From IMG/VR virus record IMGVR_UViG_3300045581_000978, positions 2,699 to 66,698 of that record: DNA of 64,000 bases. One strand, 5' to 3'. This document shows, piece after piece, positions 37,941 to 48,922 of this stretch. The notes beneath the pieces were generated by a model. It saw only the letters and a program-made list of their open reading frames with translations, ran no database searches and was not told the DNA's origin. This stretch comes from a virus. Every line of letters begins with the position of its first letter. The stretch's first letter is position 1. The position numbers and the translations under genes were made by a program.

Positions 37941-39135
37941 TTATGTATATAACGCTTAAATTTTGTACACCAGTATATAGACCTATAGGGGTTTGACTAC
38001 TGTTAGAATATGAAGTAAGACCATCATTAAGTGTCCATCCTGATATATAGTCTGTAAGTTGCACTATACTACTTAATCCATCTGTATAGGTAAAATAGCC
38101 TGTTCTAGTTAAAATGGTATTAGTTTCTACAACTTTAATCTTATAACCAAAGTTATAAAGATCTGGCAAAACAGCAATGTTTTCACATTTAGGAATCTCA
38201 ATAGTGTTCACACCTGCAACACTACCACCTAAAACATTAACTTTTAATCCTATTAAATCGCTACCTGACTTTCTTGCTGGGTATGGATCCGTAACCGGAG
38301 GGTATACAGATATACCCGGTTCTTCTAGTTCAAATATCTCCGGAACTGACGTAATACCAGGTACTAAGGTATTTTCATTTAAAGGTAATATAACAGAGGT
38401 ATTTGTAAAAGTTGTTGAACTCAAATTAGGATTAATAGTACCTTCAATACTTAAATTTTTAAGATATATATTTCCTATAGAGTTAACATTACTTGAACTA
38501 ATAGGAGTAGCAAAAGATACACCAACTTTAACATAAGAGGAAACAGGCACACTGAGCGTAATATTTCTTTTAAAAATAGGCTGGAAGTCTTCGTCTGGAC
38601 TATTTCTATAATCTATATAAAGCGTACTACCTACATTCCCCAGTCTCGCACGTACAGTTTTAAAAATAGCGGCACTCTCAACAATTGAAAATGTAGTATT
38701 AAGAGAAGTAAGTGGAACATTATACGAAAAATCAGAATACTTATAATCTGGCGTACCGCCACGCATAATTACAGAGTTTTTAGATATGCTTGAACTACCT
38801 ACACCATCACGTATAAAGCTTCCATCGAAAGCAGATGCAGCGAATAATCCTGTAGTATCAAATCCTACTGCTAATATAGCTCCAGATATACCCGGCTTTA
38901 CACTATACGGTAAATTAGTGCTTGATAAGCCAGAATAACCTAGATCTATACCAGTGCTTCCTCCAGAAAGCTCGTAATTTTCTGACATCAAAAATACAGT
39001 AAATCCTGCTTCGGTGCTAGGATTGCCGCTTATAGCGTAATCAAATGACCATACAATATCATATAAACAAGAATAACTATCCTTAGATGCTAAGTTAATA
39101 GCTTTAGAGTTGTTATTCAAAAGTGGATACTGCAT
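37933..39135 (-). CDS. Virion protein with L-type (ConA-like) lectin domain
   Basis: WSFDY..AGFTVFL..LGYSG..GAILAVGFDT..VGVSFA; GATAAATA 39142-39149 (-). Confidence 0.6.
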   Translation of the reverse strand: MQYPLLNNNSKAINLASKDSYSCLYDIVWSFDYAISGNPSTEAGFTVFLMSENYELSGGSTGIDLGYSGLSSTNLPYSVKPGISGAILAVGFDTTGLFAASAFDGSFIRDGVGSSSISKNSVIMRGGTPDYKYSDFSYNVPLTSLNTTFSIVESAAIFKTVRARLGNVGSTLYIDYRNSPDEDFQPIFKRNITLSVPVSSYVKVGVSFATPISSSNVNSIGNIYLKNLSIEGTINPNLSSTTFTNTSVILPLNENTLVPGITSVPEIFELEEPGISVYPPVTDPYPARKSGSDLIGLKVNVLGGSVAGVNTIEIPKCENIAVLPDLYNFGYKIKVVETNTILTRTGYFTYTDGLSSIVQLTDYISGWTLNDGLTSYSNSSQTPIGLYTGVQNLSVIYINE

Positions 39136-39149
39136 ATTATATATTTATC

Positions 39150-39362
39150 CTACAGTCCTTTTACAAAGACACAAGTCATCCCTTTCTCTTCATCCTTAAA
39201 TTTAGTTACGTGTACTAATTTAAACCCCATCTTTTTATACTCACGAAAAACTACCTTAAAATACTTAACATCTATATTAATAATGACGCTATTACGCTTC
39301 TCATCTACTAACACAAAATCAGTAAACTCTTCACCAAAGCTATATATACGTGCACTGGCCAC
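39150..39362 (-). CDS. Small hypothetical late protein
   Basis: GTG start, AATAAATA 39369-39376 (-). Confidence 0.6.
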   Translation of the reverse strand: MASARIYSFGEEFTDFVLVDEKRNSVIINIDVKYFKVVFREYKKMGFKLVHVTKFKDEEKGMTCVFVKGL

Positions 39363-39374
39363 GTATAATATTTA

Positions 39375-39533
39375 TTATTTTAAATGGTCTTGAACCTGTT
39401 TTATCTTATCATATAAGATTTTAACCTCTTCATAAGATATATCTCCACCTATAGTAATATTATAAGTTTTGAGTATCTTTTCCAATAGATCAAAGTCCTT
39501 AGGCTCTAATCCCTCTACAATTAATTCATTCAT
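39375..39533 (-). CDS. Small hypothetical protein (52 aa, MNELIVEGLEPKDFDLLEK...), absent from the ORF track
   Basis: Translated by hand; fills the gap after the tail-fibre gene; possible fibre chaperone. Confidence 0.6.
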   Translation of the reverse strand: MNELIVEGLEPKDFDLLEKILKTYNITIGGDISYEEVKILYDKIKQVQDHLK

Positions 39534-39534
39534 A

Positions 39535-41208
39535 TTAAAGAGTATAACCTATAACACGTATATTATAACTTTCACTTGATGATGTTGAATCATTAACTCT
39601 AAATGCAGCGGTTAAGTCACCTGTAGATTTTGCTGAAAGCGGTATAAAGCTTTGCTGCGCATTACTAATTCTATCACCACCACCTGAAGCTTCTGCTATA
39701 CCAATAACATATTCCGTTGAACCCACAGTTTGCGGTGATCCAGTATTGAGTAGACTTATATTAGGAGCAGCAGTAATAATACGTTTACGATTACCGCTAT
39801 TAGGATCCTGCTTAGTTATAACCGTATCAACAATAAGGTTTTTAGCGTTTGAAGGTATACTATAAAAATTAGGTGAACCTACTCTAGCACCAGAATAATC
39901 CGTAAGGTAAGGATAAGCGGAAATAGTAAATGTAACGTTGTTTATATTAGAGAGGATTTCAGCAGGAGTTTGAAAGAATCCAATAGGTGAACATGATCCG
40001 TTATAAACAGGTCTCGTACCAGGTCCAGGGGTGGTAGTGGTACCGGCTGGATCTGTAACCTCGCCTGTTACTCTACCATATTCATCTGCTTCAAAACCGC
40101 CTAGAAAAGTAGTAGCGGCTGTTAGAGTTTGGGTTATACCTATATTTACTGTACCGGAAAGTGGATTAAAGTTTCCTACTTGCTGAATACCGTTAACGGA
40201 TGCACAAAGCGGGGAACTTACAGACATAGAGACATTTATAACTCCATCTGGTTTAGCTTTAATAATATAAAGCGCACCTGTAGCGCTAAGAGAAGAATTA
40301 GTACCAGAAGATACGCTATATAATGTAGAGCTGCCAGGTGAGTTCGATACCCCGTAAAGTGTTTTATTGATTAAATTAGGTACATTAAAATTAGTACTAT
40401 TACCACCGAATGTTGTTCCAATAACAGCAGAGAGCTCGGGGTAAGCAGATCCAGCAACACTTTGACCATTACATAATAACCACCCACCAGGAGCGTTTGC
40501 AGAAGAAACAAAAGGCATTATAGAACCTACAGGAACTATACCTGCTGAAGTATAAACAAAGTTTGTTGTTTCAATGTTTATAAATGGTACCCAGCTTAAA
40601 TTACCTGATATATCGGATTTAAGGTAGCTATTGTTAGTTATACCTGCCTGCGGCCAATTATAACCTACAGAATTAATGTTTAGAGTTCCTGGTAGGCTTA
40701 AGAAAGAACTATCTAAACCTTTAATGCTGTTAACAGCTATTTCCGAAGAAAGAGTTATTTTATTCGTATTACTAAATGTAATATTAGGCCCTACTATATC
40801 AGATGTTAAATTAGCAGAAGAAATTGTACCTACTGATACACCGTTGTTAACTATATTAATAGTGTCATCAGCTGAATAATATACGCCTCCTATTACTGAC
40901 CAATTATTAATATCAGTATAATCACCACCTAAAAACTCATACAACTTAAAAGTTGTAGTGGAGTAAGCTAAATCGCCTATACTCGCATCAAACAACGTAG
41001 TAACACTAGCTACACTACCTAAAAATTTACTACCACCGACAAGTATACCTCCTAAAGTTTGACCGTCTCCTACGTAGAGTTTTTTGGTATCTGTAGTATA
41101 CCCTAGCTCCCCTTCAGTGAGGACTACGCTTTGACGATCTGCATCTAAGCCTCTTCTAATTAAGAGCTTTAAGAGCGTATTTTCAAATATTTCAATTTTT
41201 TTAGCCAT
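39535..41208 (-). CDS. Tail fibre protein with tail-collar domain
   Basis: IRRG...GELGYTTDTKKLYVGDG N-terminal motif; PVGSIMPF..PGGWLLCNGQ..YPELSAVIG..FNVPNL collar. Confidence 0.8.
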   Translation of the reverse strand: MAKKIEIFENTLLKLLIRRGLDADRQSVVLTEGELGYTTDTKKLYVGDGQTLGGILVGGSKFLGSVASVTTLFDASIGDLAYSTTTFKLYEFLGGDYTDINNWSVIGGVYYSADDTINIVNNGVSVGTISSANLTSDIVGPNITFSNTNKITLSSEIAVNSIKGLDSSFLSLPGTLNINSVGYNWPQAGITNNSYLKSDISGNLSWVPFINIETTNFVYTSAGIVPVGSIMPFVSSANAPGGWLLCNGQSVAGSAYPELSAVIGTTFGGNSTNFNVPNLINKTLYGVSNSPGSSTLYSVSSGTNSSLSATGALYIIKAKPDGVINVSMSVSSPLCASVNGIQQVGNFNPLSGTVNIGITQTLTAATTFLGGFEADEYGRVTGEVTDPAGTTTTPGPGTRPVYNGSCSPIGFFQTPAEILSNINNVTFTISAYPYLTDYSGARVGSPNFYSIPSNAKNLIVDTVITKQDPNSGNRKRIITAAPNISLLNTGSPQTVGSTEYVIGIAEASGGGDRISNAQQSFIPLSAKSTGDLTAAFRVNDSTSSSESYNIRVIGYTL

Positions 41209-41211
41209 GTT

Positions 41212-42282
41212 TTATATATATTTAAAGATCGGTATAGCTACTACCCCTATAGAGGAATCAATAGACATATAACCTGCTGAAGTTAAAGATGTCTTTAAGG
41301 TACCGCCGTTAGGGTTACTGGATATTGCTGTTAATAGGGTTTGATTGGTAAATGTAGTTTGATCCCAGGCCCCGTTAAATATCGTATTAGAAGCTGTATT
41401 GTTGCCGGAGAGAGTATTGTACACTGCTGTATCTACTGCACTTATTTGACCGAAAGTATTAAAGGTTATGTTGCTAAAGTTAGTTGAACTAGGTGAAATT
41501 ATAGGCTTTAATTTCAATGTTGTAACATCAACATCAAATGAACCTGAATCGTATGTCTGTATTGACGTCGCTAGAGTATCACCTTGTATTATTAATCCTG
41601 GTCCTATAATTCCTGAACTCAAAGTATCAACAGTAACGGTATTATTAGGAAGAGCCGTTAAAGTTAATACACTTGAATTAAATCCGAATAGACTCGTATC
41701 TGCATTAACGGATAACTTAGTACCATCACCACCTGCTAGCCCGTTTCCTAGAGAACTTGAACTAATCCTATTTTCGTTAATAGGATTGAGTGAAATTTTA
41801 TTAGAGCTTATACTAATATATGTATTATCTACATTAGCAGATAACCCACCACTACTTACACTTAAACCACCTTGCGCATATACTACACTATCAGCTAATC
41901 TTGAAGGAGTAATACTATTTGACTTTATGGTTAATAAATTATTAACACCTGTAGATATATAGATTTCATCACCTTTTGTATTAACAGAGGCCCAGGATGA
42001 TAAGCTACTATAATCACTAGCGGTTAACTGCCATAAGACAGAATTATCATAAACAAAATCCCCTACTGCAGCATCAGTTTGACTGGTTCTAGTATTAGGA
42101 ACCGGGAGAGGTAGATGATTAATGTTACTTACTGGTACACCACCAAGTGCGACACCATTACCTATATAGAGACGTTGTGTATCTATAGCAAATCCTAACT
42201 CTCCCTGCTCAAGCACAACAGTTTTGCGCTGAGCATCAGGACCTCTTCTAATTTTAAGCTTTACTATAGTAACATCTGGCAT
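41212..42282 (-). CDS. Tail fibre protein
   Basis: IRRG...GELGFAIDTQRLYIGNG N-terminal motif; beta-spiral-like GGL/GNGL/GPGL repeats. Confidence 0.7.
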   Translation of the reverse strand: MPDVTIVKLKIRRGPDAQRKTVVLEQGELGFAIDTQRLYIGNGVALGGVPVSNINHLPLPVPNTRTSQTDAAVGDFVYDNSVLWQLTASDYSSLSSWASVNTKGDEIYISTGVNNLLTIKSNSITPSRLADSVVYAQGGLSVSSGGLSANVDNTYISISSNKISLNPINENRISSSSLGNGLAGGDGTKLSVNADTSLFGFNSSVLTLTALPNNTVTVDTLSSGIIGPGLIIQGDTLATSIQTYDSGSFDVDVTTLKLKPIISPSSTNFSNITFNTFGQISAVDTAVYNTLSGNNTASNTIFNGAWDQTTFTNQTLLTAISSNPNGGTLKTSLTSAGYMSIDSSIGVVAIPIFKYI

Positions 42283-42303
42283 ATTATTTTAAATATTTAG
42301 TAA

Positions 42304-42966
42304 TTAAGCAGTTCTTTGCCATACATACAAGCCAAACCCTGGTGGGGTTGTATTATGAGGTTGATTGCCTCCAGCTGACTGTGTACTTAGAGGATTGGTA
42401 ATAGTAGTGCTTTTATTTGTTTCAATACCGGTATTATTATCATCACTTGTTGTATCAGCACTTTTATTATTTCCAATACCATGAGTGTGGGAAGGCAATT
42501 CTAATTGAGTTAAAATATGATTATACTCACCAGTGTTATTACCAGGTATAAAAGTTTTAGATTCTCCTCTAGAATCAGTACCGGTACCAACACCTACGAT
42601 AAATCTACCCTGTGATATTAACGTCCAAGTAGTGCTACCCCATCCTGATCTAGTATCAGGATTAACATTATTATAAGTAAACAATACCGAATTTACAGGA
42701 TACATTACATTAAGTAAATTATAGATATCAAAATCGGTGCTTGCAGAAAGCTTTTGCGTTAAAGTTACACTAGTAGCTGAAAGAGTACCGCATATAGTAG
42801 CACCATTGCAGTTTGCCCCTAACTGTAAAGCTGTAGGAGTTCCATACCCGTCATAGATTTGTACTTGTCCGATGGGAGGTATACTCTGACCCCCAGCATG
42901 AAGTAATCCGTAAAACGTATCACTAGCGTTGACATTAGTTAAATTTGTAGCTGCTATACCTGCCAT
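42304..42966 (-). CDS. Baseplate / short-fibre protein (gp10 C-terminal-like)
   Basis: YPVNS..NP..W..I.QGRF.VG..GEYNH.LT..ELPSHTH..HN..PP....YVW.RTA; TATAAATA 42973-42980 (-). Confidence 0.75.
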   Translation of the reverse strand: MAGIAATNLTNVNASDTFYGLLHAGGQSIPPIGQVQIYDGYGTPTALQLGANCNGATICGTLSATSVTLTQKLSASTDFDIYNLLNVMYPVNSVLFTYNNVNPDTRSGWGSTTWTLISQGRFIVGVGTGTDSRGESKTFIPGNNTGEYNHILTQLELPSHTHGIGNNKSADTTSDDNNTGIETNKSTTITNPLSTQSAGGNQPHNTTPPGFGLYVWQRTA

Positions 42967-42980
42967 TGTATATATTTATA

Positions 42981-45008
42981 TTAGCTTATCTTTATTGCAC
43001 TATCAAACGGAGTTATGTATAGCTCTTTTTTAACCGATGTATTATCTATAGTGGTTAAACTTATAAGTTGTTCCTGTAAATTAAAAATATTATTAAATAC
43101 TCTGTTTAAAACAGTAACTAAAGATTTTTCATTCTCGTGAACATAATAATCCTGTGGTTGTATAAGCTTAAAGCTATTAAAGTCAAGATTATAATTATAA
43201 TCATCTAAGGTCAGTATATTATCCACATCATAATAACCTGTAAATCTTCCTATTAAGTTATTTTTAAGAGTTAATATATCTCTAACTACTTTATAGAGTT
43301 CCTTATTAATAGTAGATGTTTGGATATATTCCTCAGAATTTAACGTCATATTAACACTACCAAAAGCCTGAAGTTTATCAGTTTTTATAACCTGCTTAAA
43401 TGTATTAGTTTCGTTAAAGAAATAAACTCTACCATCTGTAATAAAGACTACCGAATCATATTCATTTTGAGTTGGTAAAAACGATATACCTTTATATGTA
43501 TCATTAAATAATACAAGATTAGGTACAGTTCTTTCTTCAGTAGAATACACATCTCTTACATCATATATATCAATAAAGTTAGTATTTTCTAAAGAACCCC
43601 AATTCCAGGTAGACTCGATAAAGGGTCTAGCTAGTAATCTCCATTGATTACTAGGCGTAATAGATATTCGCTCTTTTACATACTCTTCAGTACCTATTTT
43701 ATCACCCACTTTTATGGTTTTGGTACCAGAAACGTAATCTAATTGTAATTCTTGATAACGACCTATAAGAACCTTTGGTTTATTAACAAATAACTTATAA
43801 ACATTTCTATCAGTACATATATAATAGTAGTCAGTGTTAACCTTAGAAAACTCTACTGTATTTATAACTTCAGTATTTTGTAACGGAACTTCTACTGCTT
43901 TATGAACCTCGAGAATTTTATAACAATTTAAATCTATAATATATAAATTAAGCTGTCTGCTTTGTAAATCTCTAGTAAAAACATAGAGAGTATTGAAGAA
44001 ATTATTTATTTGTAAGGCAGCAACCGGCTCCTTAGATAAAGGTAAGCTAGTAATACGAGTAATATAATTAAAGTTAGTATCGAATACCTTTAATACATTA
44101 TTACCCGAATCGTTAATAATAATAACACTCTCGTTAGAAGTTATATGTTTAGGTGTCTTAAATAAATTTTTTGAACCTTGAGGACCATCTCCACCTAATA
44201 TCTCTATTAGATTGCGTTTATTAGCTAACGCTAAATCACCATTATAATAACCTGAAACGTCATACTTATATATAACGCTATTTAATTCATCTGTAATAAA
44301 AGCATATCCGTTAGAAAGAGTAATATCATTAAGCAAGCCAAATGCTAGCTCATTTTCATTACTTTCTATAAAGGGAGAATAAGTCTCGAGAATTTCACAT
44401 TCATTTTTATTACCGGAAAGAGTAGTAAAACCAGAGTCGGTAATAGCAAATACCGCGTAGTCAGTTGGAATATCATCTTTAAGTCTTGCAACAAAACGCT
44501 TAATATTACCAAGTTCTTTTATAGACTCAACCGAACTAGTAGAGAACGGAACACTTTGTACTAAGCTCGATACAGCAGTGAGTTTAGGAGTATTGCTATT
44601 AGGAATACATGCGTAGGAATAATCCATAACTTCTCCACCTGATAGTAATTTAACTGGTAAATCATTATTAGCCATGAATAGCTTAGTATATACAAATATA
44701 TTATTATCGTGAAGTTTTTTCAACTTATCTAAAAATAAGTTATAAGTCAAAAAATCATTACCACCAAACAATATACTATCTGCATTAAAAGGTAAAGTTA
44801 ATATTTCGTTTACATCTCTATCTTTTGAATAATTAGATAATAAGTAATTACACTCGAAAGTCGCAGTACTTGAGAGTGGTATCGATGTATTATCTACATA
44901 AGGAACTCCACTCAACACAGTAACATAACCTACATAATCACTACCAGATAATGTATTAAAAACCTGACCTTTAGTATAGAATCGTTTTTTTGATGTATAG
45001 TCTATCAT
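42981..45008 (-). CDS. Virion structural protein (beta-propeller-like)
   Basis: ITDE.N..IYK and INDSGNN.LKVFD NHL-like repeats; structural gene block. Confidence 0.55.
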   Translation of the reverse strand: MIDYTSKKRFYTKGQVFNTLSGSDYVGYVTVLSGVPYVDNTSIPLSSTATFECNYLLSNYSKDRDVNEILTLPFNADSILFGGNDFLTYNLFLDKLKKLHDNNIFVYTKLFMANNDLPVKLLSGGEVMDYSYACIPNSNTPKLTAVSSLVQSVPFSTSSVESIKELGNIKRFVARLKDDIPTDYAVFAITDSGFTTLSGNKNECEILETYSPFIESNENELAFGLLNDITLSNGYAFITDELNSVIYKYDVSGYYNGDLALANKRNLIEILGGDGPQGSKNLFKTPKHITSNESVIIINDSGNNVLKVFDTNFNYITRITSLPLSKEPVAALQINNFFNTLYVFTRDLQSRQLNLYIIDLNCYKILEVHKAVEVPLQNTEVINTVEFSKVNTDYYYICTDRNVYKLFVNKPKVLIGRYQELQLDYVSGTKTIKVGDKIGTEEYVKERISITPSNQWRLLARPFIESTWNWGSLENTNFIDIYDVRDVYSTEERTVPNLVLFNDTYKGISFLPTQNEYDSVVFITDGRVYFFNETNTFKQVIKTDKLQAFGSVNMTLNSEEYIQTSTINKELYKVVRDILTLKNNLIGRFTGYYDVDNILTLDDYNYNLDFNSFKLIQPQDYYVHENEKSLVTVLNRVFNNIFNLQEQLISLTTIDNTSVKKELYITPFDSAIKIS

Positions 45009-48000
45009 TTATAATCAATAAATTGAATGTCATTTATATTTACACCTATAGGCAATATAGATGCAGATTCTTGCAATATTAAATTTTTAATATTTGCCTG
45101 CATATCAGCGTTTGTAATTCCAGCGTTTTTTACATAAACATTAACCTTCTTAGCAGAACTGTCTTTTACGCGGAACTTAAAGTATTGTATAATTTCTTCA
45201 ATATTATTTCTCTGACCGGCAGGTATCGATAATACTAAATCATTTATAGGAGTATCGTAAATATTTAAAGCTAATATCTCATCATCAGAGAGAGGTCTGT
45301 TATATATAAACACATTCTTTAATTGTGTGTCTGTTAAATAATAATATCCCGGTTGTTTTAAGTAGGTTGCTAGATCTGTATTGTTATAAAATCCCGCCGT
45401 ACCAGCATAAAAATTATCATTAAGCACATCTTGAATAGCGTATTTACCAGGCTGAACAGTTAAATTTTCATATAAAACACCATCAACAAATAAAGTAATA
45501 TTACCTTGTATAGGATCAAAGCGATAAGTAAATGTATGATACCCTTTATCTAATGTCGAATAATCGAAAGTTATATTTTTTTGTAAGATATCTTCAGTAG
45601 ATAAGTAATTAGTTAATGTAAGGTTAAACCCTAAAGAATTTGTGTTTTTAGTTTGGTTTAAATAACTAAAATTAGTAGCAACATAACCTGTTTTTAGGCG
45701 CGATCCGTCTGCTCTATCTGGAACAAATCCTTTAAGTTCGGTATTTATGTTTAAATCATTTGATGGTATATATAACCCTATGTTATCATTATTATCTATA
45801 TAAACAATAACAATATCCCTATTAAGCTTATTACTAGATATTACACCAACGTACTGATTAATAATGTCGACACTTGCAAGACCCTTTAAGTTAGGTATAA
45901 TGTCTAATAAATTTAAGGAGGTTACTAAATCTAAACCATGAGTATATACTGAAATTTTATTAGTATTATGAATAATATAGATATTTTTATCATCAACAGC
46001 AATATCTATAATAGTACTATCGCTCTTAATTACAAATGTAACCTCATCTTTCTTTAAATCGTGTTTTGCTAGACCACCGCTACCGAGAATATAGTACACT
46101 ATATCAGGCGTATAGTACTTTACCTCGTAAGTTGGTAAGTTACGAACTATTCCATCATATACTAATATACTGTTCTTAATATTATATAAATTATTATCTT
46201 TCTCGTAGCTACTCTCATATGGAGTAGAAGTTAAAGTATCAACTACTTCTAATGTGTTTTTATCTATTTTTATAACATCATTTTCAGTATTAGAGTTTAC
46301 AAAATATACATATGAACCATCAAAAAAATAATTTATATAACCAACAATTTCTGGAATTACTTCCATCTTAACTTTTACGCCCAGTGTATTTACCTTATAA
46401 ACCCTACCCCCATTACATACGACATAGTAATCATCTAATCCTTCACCTTTTATAATGTCTAAAATATCAGTATCAAAAACCGTAGTATAGAGTAAAACTA
46501 AATCTGTATTATAAACTTTAAGAACTCTACCGCTATATGAATTAATAAATGGAGTTATTTTCGTATCACTAACTACACCAAATCCCTTATTGGTTATATT
46601 GCCGAATATCTGATAACCATAACTACCTTCAGGATCAACATACAGATCAAAAGAAACCGTGAAAGAATTACTATCGTTTATGGACTTTGCTACCTCAAAG
46701 ACATTGTATCTCGTACCATCATAGGTAATACTATTAGAGCTATACTGCTGAATATTATTATTAAAATCGTAAAACTCAGTAAATCCACTTACTGTAGGTA
46801 AAGTAGCAGATACAAACTCATTTATATCTTGACTACCTACCCTAACATATTTGTAAGTACAGTTCGGCTCAATACATAAATCGCTTTTTTTATCAAAAAA
46901 CGCCTCAGCAGCGACGTTATGATCCCTCGCGAAGGTCATAGAGTCGATAGGGTCTATATAAGATGGAGAAAAAACTGATTGTGATGATAGAGCTGCTCTT
47001 TTACTAATATAATCAGGATAGTAATATCTATCAACCCATATACCCTTGTTTAAAGTACCGCCTGATAACCAAGTTACTAGATACCTCCCATTATTAAACC
47101 CCGAAGTATTTTTTCTTAACTGATAAATATTATCAGCAAGTCTTGGTGTTAAGCCTGCTAAACTACCGTTATCAGCGAATTTTGTATCGTTTATATTGAT
47201 CTTAGTATAAGGATATAAAGTAGAGGGGGCAGTAAAAACGGTATCAAAACCATTTCTAATCTTAACATCTTTATCATACCATACATAGGTGAGAGCTATA
47301 TTATCATTACCTAGCTCTTGACTATTACCCGTTTGTAAGGACATGTATTCTCTAAACTCAACACCTGGCAATCCTTGAGGTGCATTAATCATATTAGTAC
47401 CTCTTTTAATATAATTTTTTTCAGAGCGAATATTATTGAGAGTTATATAATTTAAATTAAGTGCATCTTTAGACTCATTTATATTAGCATGAAGCAAATA
47501 TTGATCAGATCTATCAAATACACTTTTTTCTTGATTAATGGTTAAATCATTTTGTTTTTTAATATCGTAACTAATCCAAGATGAATACTCTTTCGGAGCA
47601 AGCTCTTTAATACTATAGTTTACCTTTATAACATTATCAATACCAGCTACCAACCCAGCACTGGTAATAGGAGTAAACGATAATATAGTCTTACCCTCAC
47701 TAAAACTAGTACTAGATAAACTTAATACTTTGTTGCCAGTTGATGTATTCTTGTATAGTTGTAAAAATCCGTCTGTATCGAGAACATAACGAAACATATC
47801 ATTCTGCTCCGCACTTATTATACTAACATCAGAATAATAATTTAAAAACGCAACTGAATTTTCTTCCGGTAGATAATTTAAGTAGTAATCTGACCTACCA
47901 GTATTATGCTTAACGCGTAAAAATAAATCATCAAGTATTTCTAACTCAAAAAAAGAATTATTGACAATAGATATTGCACTAGATAAAACAGCCCTACAAG

Positions 48001-48343
48001 CTGTTACTTTTGGATTTTTATTAACGGTATTATTATAAAAATATAGATATCTAGGACTCGAACCGTAAAGTGAGTTGAAAACTAATTGAGTAGTTAGTGT
48101 GCGTATCGGTTCCTCTTTTGTATCTAAAACAAACATATTACCTATATTTGTCTTAGATGTAAGATACTGAACTGTGTAGTTATTTATTGAACTATCAACA
48201 ATATTATTTAAAGCATTAATTTTATTAAAAGCAAATCCCTGTTCATAATTTTCTTTATATTGCTTAAATCGATAGAAGGGATCATAATAACTCGCACTAA
48301 GAGTATTAATTGCAGAGACACTATTTATTTCAAAATTTACCAC
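45005..48343 (-). CDS. Large virion structural protein with LamG/ConA-like segments
   Basis: FTVSF, YHTFTY.FD...G.ITLFVDG, IYNRPLS.DEI; AATAAATA 48351-48358 (-). Confidence 0.6.
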   Translation of the reverse strand: MVNFEINSVSAINTLSASYYDPFYRFKQYKENYEQGFAFNKINALNNIVDSSINNYTVQYLTSKTNIGNMFVLDTKEEPIRTLTTQLVFNSLYGSSPRYLYFYNNTVNKNPKVTACRAVLSSAISIVNNSFFELEILDDLFLRVKHNTGRSDYYLNYLPEENSVAFLNYYSDVSIISAEQNDMFRYVLDTDGFLQLYKNTSTGNKVLSLSSTSFSEGKTILSFTPITSAGLVAGIDNVIKVNYSIKELAPKEYSSWISYDIKKQNDLTINQEKSVFDRSDQYLLHANINESKDALNLNYITLNNIRSEKNYIKRGTNMINAPQGLPGVEFREYMSLQTGNSQELGNDNIALTYVWYDKDVKIRNGFDTVFTAPSTLYPYTKININDTKFADNGSLAGLTPRLADNIYQLRKNTSGFNNGRYLVTWLSGGTLNKGIWVDRYYYPDYISKRAALSSQSVFSPSYIDPIDSMTFARDHNVAAEAFFDKKSDLCIEPNCTYKYVRVGSQDINEFVSATLPTVSGFTEFYDFNNNIQQYSSNSITYDGTRYNVFEVAKSINDSNSFTVSFDLYVDPEGSYGYQIFGNITNKGFGVVSDTKITPFINSYSGRVLKVYNTDLVLLYTTVFDTDILDIIKGEGLDDYYVVCNGGRVYKVNTLGVKVKMEVIPEIVGYINYFFDGSYVYFVNSNTENDVIKIDKNTLEVVDTLTSTPYESSYEKDNNLYNIKNSILVYDGIVRNLPTYEVKYYTPDIVYYILGSGGLAKHDLKKDEVTFVIKSDSTIIDIAVDDKNIYIIHNTNKISVYTHGLDLVTSLNLLDIIPNLKGLASVDIINQYVGVISSNKLNRDIVIVYIDNNDNIGLYIPSNDLNINTELKGFVPDRADGSRLKTGYVATNFSYLNQTKNTNSLGFNLTLTNYLSTEDILQKNITFDYSTLDKGYHTFTYRFDPIQGNITLFVDGVLYENLTVQPGKYAIQDVLNDNFYAGTAGFYNNTDLATYLKQPGYYYLTDTQLKNVFIYNRPLSDDEILALNIYDTPINDLVLSIPAGQRNNIEEIIQYFKFRVKDSSAKKVNVYVKNAGITNADMQANIKNLILQESASILPIGVNINDIQFIDYK

Positions 48344-48403
48344 TTTAATATATTTATTTGATAATTCGTTTACTAGTAGAAAATACAGTAAAGGTAATAT
48401 AAA

Positions 48404-48922
48404 TTAAAGATTAGCTGCAAATATAGAACCATCTCCACCTTCTAGGCTTACAAACCCGCTATTACCTGTAAGCGGCAAGACTTGCATATCTAGAATAGAT
48501 AGACCAGATAAGCTATCGTAAAAAGAACTCCAATAGCAACGAACTGGTTGTTCAATATATACATACTTACCGTTATTCTTCTGTATGACAACATTTAAAG
48601 TGTATATTGCCTCGTAAGAATCGCTTTGATTTCTATAATCATGATTATAGACTCCTAAAATACTACCACCAAGCTTTCCATATAATACTTCATTAAATAT
48701 CGAACTAGTTCTATAGTTAAAAAATACATCGCGCTTATAAGTTTCTTGCTTAGAAGAATCACCCCAATTTATAGTAAGTAAATCTACTCTAAAATCACTC
48801 TCTGATACTCCTGTTAGAGATACAGATAGTGTAGTAGATCCTTTTAGTAAAATAGGATCAGCTACAAAAGTAATATCATTAGGAGAGCTGCTTATATTAT
48901 AGCTTACAGTAACAGTATTCAT
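48404..48922 (-). CDS. Virion structural protein (PKD/Ig-like)
   Basis: INWGD..H.Y motif; structural block. Confidence 0.55.
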   Translation of the reverse strand: MNTVTVSYNISSSPNDITFVADPILLKGSTTLSVSLTGVSESDFRVDLLTINWGDSSKQETYKRDVFFNYRTSSIFNEVLYGKLGGSILGVYNHDYRNQSDSYEAIYTLNVVIQKNNGKYVYIEQPVRCYWSSFYDSLSGLSILDMQVLPLTGNSGFVSLEGGDGSIFAANL

